64,000 nucleotides of DNA from Fimbriosthenelais zetlandica (lineage: Eukaryota), in assembly GCA_977030845.1 (NCBI GenBank), contig OZ365118.1, positions 14,694,001 to 14,758,000 on the forward strand. Reading direction: 5' to 3'. The notes beneath the pieces were generated by a model. It searched no databases, was not told the origin of the DNA, and saw nothing but the letters and a program-made list of their open reading frames with translations. The position numbers were made by a program, and so were the translations under genes. Of the stretch, positions 11,901 through 23,600 are shown piece after piece. Within the stretch, counting starts at the first letter, position 1; each line of letters opens with the position of its first letter.

Positions 11901-14900
11901 ATAAAACAGTCCCACTTTAAGCGACCAACTCCTTATAGAGACCTTGTATAGAGCATTGTACTTACTTTCACATGCGTTACTGTCAGCATTGTATTCTAGT
12001 CCGTCCACAGTACAGTCACAGGTGTGGCCATCGTTTATCGTCATACAATCACTCTCATCTGGGCAATTGTCTGTCTCTGCCAGGCACACGTCGGTCACTG
12101 TTCAAACATGAGTCATTGGTCAGTTCAGCGACCGATGAAGGATCGGGAAGAGGAGAGTGGTTAGGGTGAGGGTGGTAAGGTTTATGGCAAAAGGGGACGA
12201 GGCTCCAGAAATTAATATATATCTGTTTGACCAAAAATTGATTAATACTCCCACCCACCTCCTGTGGATCCACTGTGCTGGACAAACTAGTCTTTGAGGT
12301 AACTGTTCATGATACACCTCTTTGCTAAGTTTCCCTTCATATATATGCATGTGTAAGACGTATTTGTAAGACTTTTCAACTTATCAATTATTAGCAACAA
12401 TGCTGTAAAACCTATACTTTGATAATGTTAACTGAACTATGTTCCTTTCAATGTTTGAATGACATATTGGATGTGGTAATTGGATGTTGAAGGATTGGAT
12501 GATGTCTTACCTTGACAGCTATTGTCCGGTTCATGGTACATGTAACCTGCATTATCACATTCACACGTTGATGATTGTACCTCATCCACACACGTACTCT
12601 GCTCAGGGCAAGTGTTTGATGCACAGTCATCAATGTCTGAAAGTAAGGAGATCAAAGTTATTAATATATTCTTCTATATAAATGCCCCTCCTGAAGCAAG
12701 TGACATCCTGCATGAATTACTTGAACGTTGAAGCTAAATTATTTGTTTTATGAACAAGTTGCTTCATTGTTTGCGTTTTGGTAACACCTTCCATGAAGTT
12801 TATTTCTACTCACTTTGACATTCAGTACCATCGTATTCAAAGCCAGGGGGACAATCACATGTGAACTCATTCACCTGATCCACACACGTACTTCCGTCTG
12901 GACAGTTGTTTGAAAGACACTCGTTTATATCTGCCAACAAAAAGAAAAAGAAATACCCATATAATTAATGGTTATAATTTAAACCTATTGTGATGGAAAT
13001 AGTCAAAGTTTATAAATAGTGAAGTTTATTTCTACTCACTTTGACATTCAGTACCATCGTATTCAAAGCCAGGAGGACAATCACATGTGAAATCATTCAC
13101 CTGATCCACACACGTACTTCCGTCTGGACAGTCGTTTGAAAGACACTCGTTTATATCTGCCAACAAAAAGAAAAAGAAATACCCATAGAATTAATGGTTA
13201 TAATTTAAACCTATTGTGATGGAAATAGAATTAACTTCTAGTTTGTTATTATCAGTATTTCAAGTGAATCATTAAAAATGAATTATTATGGACTCTTCAC
13301 CTTATATTTATCTACCCAACCCAAAATTTGTAAAATTAATATTCGGCTTAAGTATATGACTATTTATGATATTGAATCATTGGAATTGTGTATTAATTTT
13401 TTTCTGATAATACCTGAATTCCCAATAAATCAATTGATGATGGTACCTAAATTCTTAATAAATATTATCTATCATCACGTAGTATCTGACCTATGGATCA
13501 TTTAACATTCGATTTTGTTACCTTCACAGGTTGTATCGGTGGACGGAGCATACCCATCAAGACATTCACATATCACAGTGCTTCCGTACAGTTTACAGAC
13601 GGAAGAGACGGTATCACAGTTGTTCTGCTCTACAGTACAGTCACTTACAGCTGAAGGTACGACATATTAACATTGCAACACTTGTTTTTGCAAAAATGAA
13701 GTTTCACCGAGAAAGTATTTCATTTTGCGCTATATTTCAATTATTTTTAAATCACATAAATTTATTGATAAATGCGCATGAAGTGATGATCGACTTACTT
13801 TCACAAGTGTCACTTGGCGATTCACCCTCAGCACAAACACAGAGGTACGTCCCACTGATGATATTAACGCATGTTTCATCTTCTGCGCATTCGTTATCAT
13901 AACTGTTTACACATTCGTCATACCCTGAAATGAATTACTGACTTATACAGCCTATATGCAGTCCCAAAAAATGTTTTAGTTTCGAAGAATTTATTGCTAA
14001 AAGCAATTGCCGTTTGCACAATGGGAAGCACTTTTTTCAGGGTTGGTGTAATAAATTTTGAAAGATTTTCGTAGCAAAAACAAAATGCCATATTTCTTCT
14101 TGAGAAGAAATGGCATAATTAACTGGTTTTATTACTTACTTAGGCAAGGCATTATTGCATTCTCTTGGTCGTTTCTGTAGCCCTCTGCGCAGACACATTC
14201 CAGAGTTCCAATCCTGTTCTCACATGTACCGGTACCTCCCTGACCACAGTAATCCACTGCCTGCTCAGCACAATAATCTATGGCAGTGTCACATGTAGCA
14301 CCCGTGTATCCTGCCTTACAAATACACCCATCCTCTATATGACAGTACAATCCATTATCACCACAGGCACACGTCTCACTGCATGTAGTTCCATACATGC
14401 CTGGTTGGCAGGCTGAAATTTATAATAGGAATTAGAAGTTAGATAATTAGGTCATATAATAATAATAATGGATACTTGATATGGAGGGAAACCTCACCAT
14501 GGAATATACCGTATGGTAAAATGAGCCTAACATTTGAAATGGATGATTATAAATAGGAAAGCCTTGGTACCATAACAATAAGTTTTGTTTTTTTATTGGC
14601 TAAAGGTACTAAAATAGAGAGAATTGCTTTTATTGGCAAAAGCCACTATAAAACAGAGGCTATCTTTTATTGGCTTTATTTTACTCTCGTTGGCAGGAGG
14701 CAGGAGGCCTTGTTTTTTATGGAAGGTACTGTAAACAGAGCCTTGATTTTTTATGGAAGGTACTGTAAAGCAGGGCCTTGATTTTATTTGTGGAATGTAC
14801 TGTAAGACAGAGCCTTGCTGTTATTAGTAGAAGGTTAAAAGTACAGGTCTGAGATTGATACTGACCTCTACAGGTTACACCATCCTCCTGTAATGTCATG

Positions 14901-17900
14901 AAGTCAGGACAGGAACACTGGAAACCAGGCTCTAATTCTGTACACGAGTCACAGGCTGCCGGTGAGTTGGTACATTCAGTAATATCTGATGATAGGGGAA
15001 AACAGGGGATACACATGAGTGCACAAATAGGTAATTCTCACCTCAGACATGGTGATGCAATGAGACCATTAGCTGTCGAATACAAATGTGTATGTATTAT
15101 TTGGGGGGGGGGGGAAGTAGACACATTCCCAGCTCTTTTCCAATGCCTTTTTTAAAGGAATACATACATGTACATCTTTATTTGGTTAGAAAATATGTAA
15201 AGGAATTGAGAGAGTGGCAGTTATTCTCCAGAATTGATTTGGGCAATACAATGACAGTGACCTAGGTTTTATGCTCTAGTGCTTGCCATTGCTTTACTGC
15301 TTAGCCTTGGCTCTGATTTGGAGCAAGGTATTAATATGATACATACACGTACAATATTCGAGGTTTTACCTTGGCAAATGTCATTTACATCTTTTTCAAA
15401 ACCATCATAACAGGAACAATCCTCCACATCGTTTGTTACAATACAGTAGCCATTGACACATGTTGAGTCACAAGTGAAATCAGCATCTGCAATAAAGGAA
15501 AAATGAAAATTATCAAACAATGATTCCTTTAGATATTATCTATACACCAGTTATACTCCTAGCTGTCATTTCAACTTACCTTGGACACAGGTAATGCTGT
15601 CGTCAGTGTCTAAAGTGTAGCCATTTGCACAGCTGCAGGTGAAACTGCCTTCAGAGTTGCTACATATCTGTTGACACACATAATTGTCACACTCGTCTAT
15701 GTCTGAATGAAAATATGACAACTATTTTAGTGTCTTAATATTTGACAAATTAAAATAACACCAAAAAATATAATCACAAACTATGTCATATGATATAGAC
15801 CAAGTAACATTGATACTGATATGTACTGATATGCAGTCATAATATTTAAATGATTAAACGTGATTTTTGTCCCCGTCACATCTTACCTATACAAGTTGAG
15901 CTGTCGACATCCCAGACATATCCAGTGGGGCAAATACAATATGCCCCACTGGGGTATGACATGCATGTGCTGTCATCTGGGCAAGCATCATTAGCTTCAC
16001 AATGGTTTACCACTGCAAATGTATGTAAATATTTCAGTTTGAAGTTTGTGCTATAATCAATATAATTCCTCCCATACTCCTCTAGTAATATGTCCTATAA
16101 TACTGACCTGGGTCTAATGTCTTACCCTGCTATAGTACTGACCTGGGTCTAATGTCTTACCCTGCTATAGTACTGACCTGAGTGAGTCTAATGCCTTACC
16201 CTACTATAGCAGGATAAGTCATTAGACTCAGGTCAGTAGCCTACTAATAGTACTATAGCAGGGTAAGTCATTAGATACAAAAATATGTCAAATATCAGAG
16301 TTGTACTCACAATCTTCACAGGTGTCTGAGTCTGTAAAACCTGTGGGACAGTCACACGTAAATCCCAAGGCGTCTGGACTATCTGTGGTGCAGATACCCC
16401 CATTTGTACCGCAGGGTGTATCCTCAAGGAAAGCCAGGCAAGGATTTTGGCACTGTTGACGAATGTTAGCGCTGTTCTGAGTGAGCTCGCGGACTGTTGT
16501 GTCAATTGGACTACATGCACCTAAATGCAGCAGTAAGCACTGCTTCAAGTCATCCAGAGAACTACAAATATTACAAGATAAATGACAATTTAATAACATA
16601 TAAAATGTATTTTCGCAGGTCAGAATTATTTTAGCTCGAAATTTTAGTTCGGACATTCTTTCTTTTTCTCCTTATAAATATATTAATAAATCCGAAATAT
16701 TCACACATTTTTGTTGGCATGATTGTTGGCCTAATGCTGGGCAAACACAGAGGCGATTTGCCAAATCGATGCAGAGCCCCACTGTGTGGGCCCGACATAA
16801 TTTATGGTTGGCTCAGGTATTGTGATGCTATTGTCATAAATGTATAGTACTCATAACAACTACACTGAAAATCCTTAACTTTCCACGTGATGGTATATCA
16901 TAATTATAGACGTTGTTATTGACGTACGTTTGGAGGCATGGTGCATCAAGTTCCAGCAAAGTAGTAATACATGTGGTGCCTTGAACTGTGTCACAAGCTG
17001 AAATACAAAGATTTTATTCACTTTTTTCTTCTTCTTCGCGAAAATAATATCACATATAGAATTTGTAAGATCAACAGGGCTGCATGCATAGTGTTTGTTA
17101 GGCCAGAGTAATCAGTAAATCGTTGTACTTTTTTAGTCAGAGTGTTTCTCCGGCTAAAGCCTGGAATACACTAATCCCATTCTCTATCCGGATCCATCCG
17201 ATAGCTGTCCGATTCTATATTCCTATTCACAGCAAATGCTTGTAATTTGAACAGACCTTTAGACACGGGTAAGAATTTCAATCATTGGATGCCGTTAGAA
17301 ATGGGGGTTCGGATGGCGACGGTTTGAAGAATCGGAATAGTGTATTCCAGGCTTAACTCGGTCGCATCCGAGTGAGGACTGGTTATTGTCGTCATACAGA
17401 ATTTGTAATGTAATACTTTAAAAATGTAACTGTGCATAATAATGAGTTAGCGCATTGGTGTTTTATTTAGAGCATATATAAGTGATGAATAAATCTATTT
17501 CCGACTTCCTAAATCCCTGTATCATTGTTCGTGACCTTATTCATAATTGGTGTAGTTAAAGCGACATTAGTATATTTCTGCAGGTCTGCGAGTCAAATCC
17601 TCAACTAGTACTATACTTCCTCTGACCATCCGGAGGCAACAGTTAAAGTGAAGGTCCAACCGGTTCGAAAGGATCTAAGCTTGGTTTCTGCCCACAACTT
17701 AACTCATGTTAGGGCGCCTATCGAAGGATGGGGCACAATTGAATGTAAATTTGGGGGGGGGGGGGGGGGGTACGTGTTATGACCGGGAAGAACATTCTAT
17801 AACCTAATCCGGAAAAACCCTGTCGTAATGTCATAATAGATTTTAGGGGAGTTACATACATTCATATTGCTATATTGTAGGCCGGTATATTGCTCAAGAG

Positions 17901-18174
17901 AAATCCAAGTTTTATTCCACGCACTCTTAATTTTACTTTAAATTGACAACATTTGAATGTTACACCGAGAGACGTGTGGTGTAACGTGATGAAAAGACCA
18001 AAAAGCGTTAAATAGGAAAACGCCCTTGGCCTTGGGAATTTGAAAGACCTTTAAAATCCTGATGAGAAACCAAGAAGAAAGAAGGGAGAGAAAATAATAT
18101 ATACTCCTACCTTGAGATAGGCGAAGGAGGGACGGTAGTAGGAAGAAGTGTAGTAGGGAAATCCATGTAGTCAT
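5981..18174 (-). CDS. Type-I membrane protein with about 20 EGF/cbEGF modules (fibrillin/Notch-like array), a SEA-like region, a TM helix and a cytoplasmic tail, about 1278 aa. Exons in transcript order: 18111-18174, 16928-16997, 16311-16561, 15887-16012, 15580-15702, 15370-15486, 14866-14985, 14140-14412, 13799-13924, 13522-13650, 13040-13156, 12814-12930, 12511-12636, 11966-12097, 11667-11843, 11251-11382, 10952-11128, 10402-10533, 10124-10252, 9777-9893, 9080-9208, 8757-8849, 8494-8585, 8262-8320, 7952-8133, 7667-7760, 7410-7529, 7063-7152, 5981-6203
   Basis: Signal peptide [22 protein letters not shown]. Repeated D-I/V-D/N-E-C cbEGF exons (e.g. [29 protein letters not shown]). TM segment [29 protein letters not shown] junctions are phase-consistent and the total of 3837 nt is divisible by 3. 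Cytoplasmic exons below 7063 are less certain, with a possible extra 36-nt exon at 6505-6540. Confidence 0.85.
7256..7354 (-). mobile_element. Truncated inverted copy of the PIF/Harbinger-like MITE at 17158-17353
   Basis: gtgtctaaaggtctgttcaaattacaagcattt...tgtattccaggct matches the reverse complement of about 17158-17268. Confidence 0.75.
9353..9625. repeat. Degenerate minisatellite, core GAT(C/T)TGTCACA
   Basis: More than 12 visible copies of gatctgtcaca/gatttgtcaca with variable spacers, in an intron of the EGF gene. Confidence 0.85.
9688..9771. mobile_element. Degraded TA-flanked MITE remnant (GACCAC...GTGGTC...TTTGACTGTA type)
   Basis: Internal inverted motifs (gaccac/gtggtc) and a terminal tttgactgta resemble pogo/Tc1-derived MITE ends. 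Heavily decayed. Confidence 0.35.
10885..12126. repeat. 715-bp tandem duplication carrying two EGF exons per unit. A third, older related unit lies at about 10124-10884.
   Basis: Exon pairs 10952-11128/11667-11843 and 11251-11382/11966-12097 are offset by exactly 715 nt. Intron 11129-11250 is identical to 11844-11965. Confidence 0.95.
12795..13228. repeat. 226-bp-period tandem duplication of one cbEGF exon plus flanks
   Basis: 12795-13002 and 13021-13228 are near-identical (3 differences in the 117-nt exon) and are separated by an 18-nt filler. Confidence 0.95.
14590..14825. repeat. Degenerate minisatellite of about 35 bp (ttttttatggaaggtactgtaaacagagccttg)
   Basis: About 5-6 decaying copies in an EGF-gene intron. 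Confidence 0.75.
16096..16272. repeat. 35-bp minisatellite with three direct copies followed by inverted copies (foldback-like)
   Basis: The unit ctatagtactgacctgggtctaatgtcttaccctg occurs x3, followed by ctatagcaggataagtcattagactcaggtcagta, which is the reverse complement of the unit. Confidence 0.8.
17158..17353. mobile_element. PIF/Harbinger-like (Tourist-type) MITE, 196 bp
   Basis: Perfect 16-bp TIR AGCCTGGAATACACTA / TAGTGTATTCCAGGCT flanked by TAA on both sides. A second partial copy lies at 7256-7354. Confidence 0.85.
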
Positions 18175-18361
18175 TTGTCTGAGAATCATTGTAAAATGTG
18201 ATAAGATTTGGTGTGACTGTCTATGTGGGATGGTGTAGTTATAAATGATAGAACTATATACGCGGGCATTGGTGGAAAGGAAGGGGCCGTGGAGCAGTTA
18301 ACTTGCCATGCTTCGTTCCGCAGGAGATAGCGTCTCTTCACCCCCACCCCTCACCACCTTC

Positions 18362-18363
<2 letters not shown>

Positions 18364-18400
<37 letters not shown>
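18364..18400. repeat. Poly-C homopolymer (about 37 nt) just upstream of the EGF gene start
   Basis: Directly visible. It is the longest of about 11 G/C runs in the window. Confidence 0.9.
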
Positions 18401-19105
18401 ACTCCACCCCCAACAACTCCTTGGCTCCCTCCATCGACACACTTGTAAACACATGCAAGGTTCTTATTGTCCATGGCTATATTCTCAGTTATAAAATTCC
18501 TAATGTTGGCAATTGTTCCTTTCCTCCGACACCAGTTCAAAAGTTTTTATACGGATTTTTAGAAATATTTTAATAATTGAATCCAATAATTAATTTCAAT
18601 AAACCATGCAGTTATTATGATTTCATTATAATAAACATTAATAATAGTTTCTTTAAGTTGTTTTAAGTATTTGATGAGAGTTAAAATATTCTCATTTGAA
18701 TAAATAGAATGTAAAATAAATGATTAGAAATTAAATGAGTTCCATGCAAAGATCCATAATTGAAATTATTGGAGCATGCTTGCGCCTCCTCTCTAGCATT
18801 TAGAGCAGTACTCCACCATAGAACATTTTATATACGTGTATATGCCTATAGGTTGTTTTTGGCTCGATCCTAGGATCACCGCCATAAAAACTATAGTATA
18901 GACGCCTTATATTATTTTGCACGCCTTATAAGTTTTTGGACTGTAAAATAGGACACATATATATGTTTGTCGCGATACATGTATATCATTTTGATGAATA
19001 GCTCATGATGAACAAAATGGTCTTAGTGCCTTAAATAATATTGTCCTAAAACTAAAAAAAGATACACCAGTATAACCCTATAGAGCTGACACTGAGGCAG
19101 CTATC

Positions 19106-19216
19106 AAGTCTCTTTATTATATTCTCCACCTATCTCCACGTATGAGGAATTCCATAAGCCTACCCCAATAAAAATCGTTTGGTTTAAGATAGGTGGAAAA
19201 TATAATAAAGAGACTT
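19106..19216. repeat. 30-bp inverted repeat enclosing a 51-nt spacer (small MITE or hairpin)
   Basis: aagtctctttattatattctccacctatct versus agataggtggaaaatataataaagagactt: 29/30 complementary. Confidence 0.75.
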
Positions 19217-20678
19217 AAGGGTGGACCCGTATATTATTAGTTTACAAACAAATGCAGGGGCATAGGAAGCAAAATAAAATCAATATAAGTAGTGGATGGA
19301 CATCATGGTAGGCCTACGTCTTTCCACCAAAAAAGGGGGCTGCTAATTTGTAGGGCCCACATGCAATAAATCCGTACGGTATTCATTACCGGTACTGAAT
19401 TGCCCATTAATTTGTCTATCTTCATGTGAAATTTGGTGGCGATAGGGTCATTGTTTGCTTAGATCCCGGGGGTGTGGGGGGGGGGGGGGCACTCTGAATT
19501 AAAGTGGGTAGGCCTACCTATGCTCGTTCCAAATTTCGAGGAGAAGCTGGTAATTTGACTGCTAACGTCAAGGACCTGGAAATTCGAGAAAAAGGGGTAC
19601 TTTTTCAAATTGTCCTCCTTGAACTTATCATACATTTATTATATTATGCTGGACATCACAATATACATAAACACTCTTCATAATACATGGCTTGGATGTT
19701 GGTATGATCTGGCAGCGGCGTAGCCAGCTAATTTCCAAGTGGACTCGAGTACTGATCCTCATATAGGCCTATGATTTCCCCTCCCCCCAATCTTGTTGGC
19801 GGGACAAAGCATTGTTTTAGCTGTTATGTGCTGCCACCTTGTGTTTTGCATGTGAACTTACCTCCACCGCGCCTTTACTTCAGCTGGGAACCACCAGGTG
19901 CCAGCTCTGTTCCCTGTCACCACCATCAGCTGAGCGCCCAAGCTGAGCGCCTACTAACTCAGGTTTGAGACACTAGGTGGCTGCACTGAAAGCATAATAG
20001 ACTTCTATGATAAATATTGATGACAACTTAGACGACAGACTCTATCAAATCCACCAAATAGCACTATCAAAGATTGCGGGCAATTCCGTTGTCAGGTATT
20101 CTCAAAAATCGTTAAAAAAAACTAACTTGTACTGTTGTAGGCCTATCGTTGTTTGCTTTAGGAGTTTAGCAGCACACTTCCAAAGCCTAAGCCCAGATAT
20201 AACCTCACTCCTGATTGGCTACCTCCGGAGGTATGGCAGGTGCCCGTGGAAAATTCCCTCAGAAAACAGATATTTTAGCGAAGTATACGAGCACATGCCA
20301 CATACATTTCTTTTCTATACATCACAAGAACCCATCTCTTAACATTTTTTCAAGGGGACAGCGATGATATCAGAAGATGATCAACATAAATTAGATATGT
20401 CACCTTCATGACAGCCGACCAATCACGAGCTGCAAAGCAAGCCCACCTCTGACTCAGAAAAGCTATGTTTTATTCTCGACTTTAGTTTCGTACAAGTTAA
20501 CACTGTTTCTTTGGGAGATATAACTAACCCGTGGTGAAAATAAACAAATAAGTGTGTGATATAGTTTCTATAATATTAAGTCTTCAATGAGCATCAGTGA
20601 TTAGAGAAATACAGATTGACCTTGTTTCTGACAAACAGAGCCAGCCGCTGTAAACTACACTCAACAAATAATAGAAGC

Positions 20679-23600
20679 ATGGCGGGCACACACAGTAGAA
20701 AAAGGATGGCCCCACAAATGACTCAGATTTTTGTTTTTATCCACATTTTCAATATCATCTCCACATCTCTAGCGACAGTAGAAAGCCATGGTCAAGGTAC
20801 TGTATCTTCATTTCTGCCCCAGCTTCAATTTAATCGCTGTATTTCGCCTCTGAATCTCGACCATCGAATCGACGATGACAAGAGGACGACTTGAACATTT
20901 GTGAATTGTTTTCATTTTCTGCCCTGATTTTCCTCAATCTTGGATCGTATTCTCTTCTTTACAGCATTTATCCAGACAGATAATGAACTGCGGTATATGG
21001 GCGATCACATAGATGGAGTACCTTTACATGTAAGTATGATATTTTGCTTGGATTTTGACCATGGATACGGTGTACATATTTCACGGATCCCAGTCAGTCG
21101 CAGACAGCCCCAGGTAACATAGACTTGACAGTCTGTCTGACTCAACCCTCTCTTGTAGCCCATCACGACTACCAAAACATGTCAACTGGATTGATATTCC
21201 TCACACTTGGTTATTTATTATGTGAAAATGGATTTTAAACAACAAAGTTTTATAAATGGATTTGGTTAATACCCGTACTTCGTAAATATCTTCATCGCTT
21301 GACTTTGACCAGTCGAAGAAATGATCTCAGCCTCAGGTAGGAAGACGGACATGGATTCCAAGTGTCATTTTGGATCATAATATTTATAGACCCAGGAATA
21401 CATGTCAAATTCAAAGGATTGCAAAGCATTATACCGAGATGGATCGATTGTGAATTAATAGGCTCTATTTGTATTTTCTTACTGAAGTTAAGCCCATTTT
21501 GGTTGTGGGGAGACAACAGTTGCCCTGATCTTGATTGCAAGATTGTTGCTGTCACCCCCAGAGGCCTGTCAAAATGAAGAGCCCATAGTCCCTGCCGAAC
21601 TAGACTAGCTTTGGTCAGCAATATTCTACAACATTTTTCTGTAAAACCTGACAGGAAACAGGGGACTGAACTTTGTCTTCACTAATATTATTTATGATAG
21701 TCTACCTTAAATAATAACACTTTGTTTATTTATACGTGAGGCATTGATAATATCCTTATATTGGAGCCACATAATGTACTAGATATCAAATAATCCTATA
21801 ATAATATATATAATAATTATTAATATATATATTATAGACAGATAGTGGCTTATTCTCTTGAATTCTATTGCAAATATAAATGAATCAGTCAGGGACCAAT
21901 CAATGTAATATTATATGGCCAGTACCAGTACCTGATACTCAAGGATGATTGGTGACTGAAATTGAAACCATGACAACACCTACGCTAAGGCCTACGCGTC
22001 GCTTCCTAACTGGTATCTCTCCAGATGGATCAATTATTAATTTATCCCTGGATATGATTTTTTTATGCGAAGAGAGATGGGTGGTCATGACTGAGCATCT
22101 GCCTTTGAATACATTCTCCAATCATTAAATTTATGAGTTTTACCTCTCATTTCAAAAGCATCAGCACATTCTTAATCTCTACAATCAGTAGATTATGAAG
22201 ACGAGCGATTTTTGTAACCATTACTAATTTACTATTGTACAATTTATTTATATTTCTTTGATAATCTACAAGCGCCAGATTCGTCCGATTAGAGCCATCA
22301 GTTGGCCCATTTGATATTAAGACGTCATGTGCTTATCTATACTAATCCACCTTATTAAATTAGAGTGTTCATCATATTCAAGGATATTCTTTTTATCTCT
22401 TACAGATTTCTGGAAAAGATATACACGACACAAGGTAGGTTTATTATCATTACCTTATCTGACAAGTGTTGGCGTTCAGGTTTTGTTAAAGGGTCAAAGG
22501 TCGTGTCTTATCTCCTCACCCCCCCCCCCCCCCCCCCCCCCCCGTCCAAACCCCCACCCCACCGTTGCTCTGTGTAATCACAAACGATTGATGACTTTAC
22601 CTTCTGTTTCCATGGTTGACAAGGGGTAAGGCACTGAAAAAAAAACAATTGGGACAAATTGCCCGTCAATATTACGTCCCAACTACATCGTAATGTGATG
22701 GGTTTCTTTTCTACGGTCCAAGATTTGATACCATTGCACAAGCCCGATGGTTTCTAGAAATTCATTTTAATGAGTTTTGATGGTTTATATTGTTACAATA
22801 CATAGTCAACAAATATGCACTGGTCAAAGGATAAGGACTGTAATGAAAATGTATTACTTTGGAAAATAATTTGACAAAAGAATTGAAAGTTCAGTAAATA
22901 TTCTGATCGTCTGTGTAGTGTTGTAAATGATAGACTACTTAAAATGTAGGTCAAGAAGACGTTCTAGGGTCAAAGCGTATCATCCATCGATATTTATTTC
23001 TCACTGAGAAACCAGATGGTTTTATTGTCAAAAGGTGCAAAACTAATTCATGTTTCCATTCCGTGAGCTTTGATCTTCTTTCACTAAACCTCTGGGCAAT
23101 ATAATCCAGAGGTTTTATTTTTTCTGTGTAACCGAGGGGAGATTTATTTAAGGGATTAAAAGGATTACGGTATGATATCATTTTTTTTCACACCAGTCCC
23201 AACAAGAATTGCATACTTTTAGTCAGATGTTAAAGGAACTATGGAACATTATTACCAAAAATTACCCGCCTCCACCGACACACACATATTTTTCAGCCCC
23301 CATCACATCTTGCTTTGTCGTCTAAGCCGGTCTTATCTTATCTTCTCTGTATATGGGACATGGCAACCAACGCCAATGAATTCATTGTCCACATACCGCC
23401 CTAGAACTCTCCTTACCATTTAGTAGCTTCTCTCTTAAACTAATTTACCAAATATGGGGGCCCATCATCTGAGACTGTAAAACCTTGCGACAAATTTATT
23501 GTGCCTTTCCAGGCAGAAAACAATGACTAATCCAAATCCCCTTAATGTTTGTAAACAGATCAGTGAGCCTAAACAGGGAGTAGTTAGCAAAATATTATAC

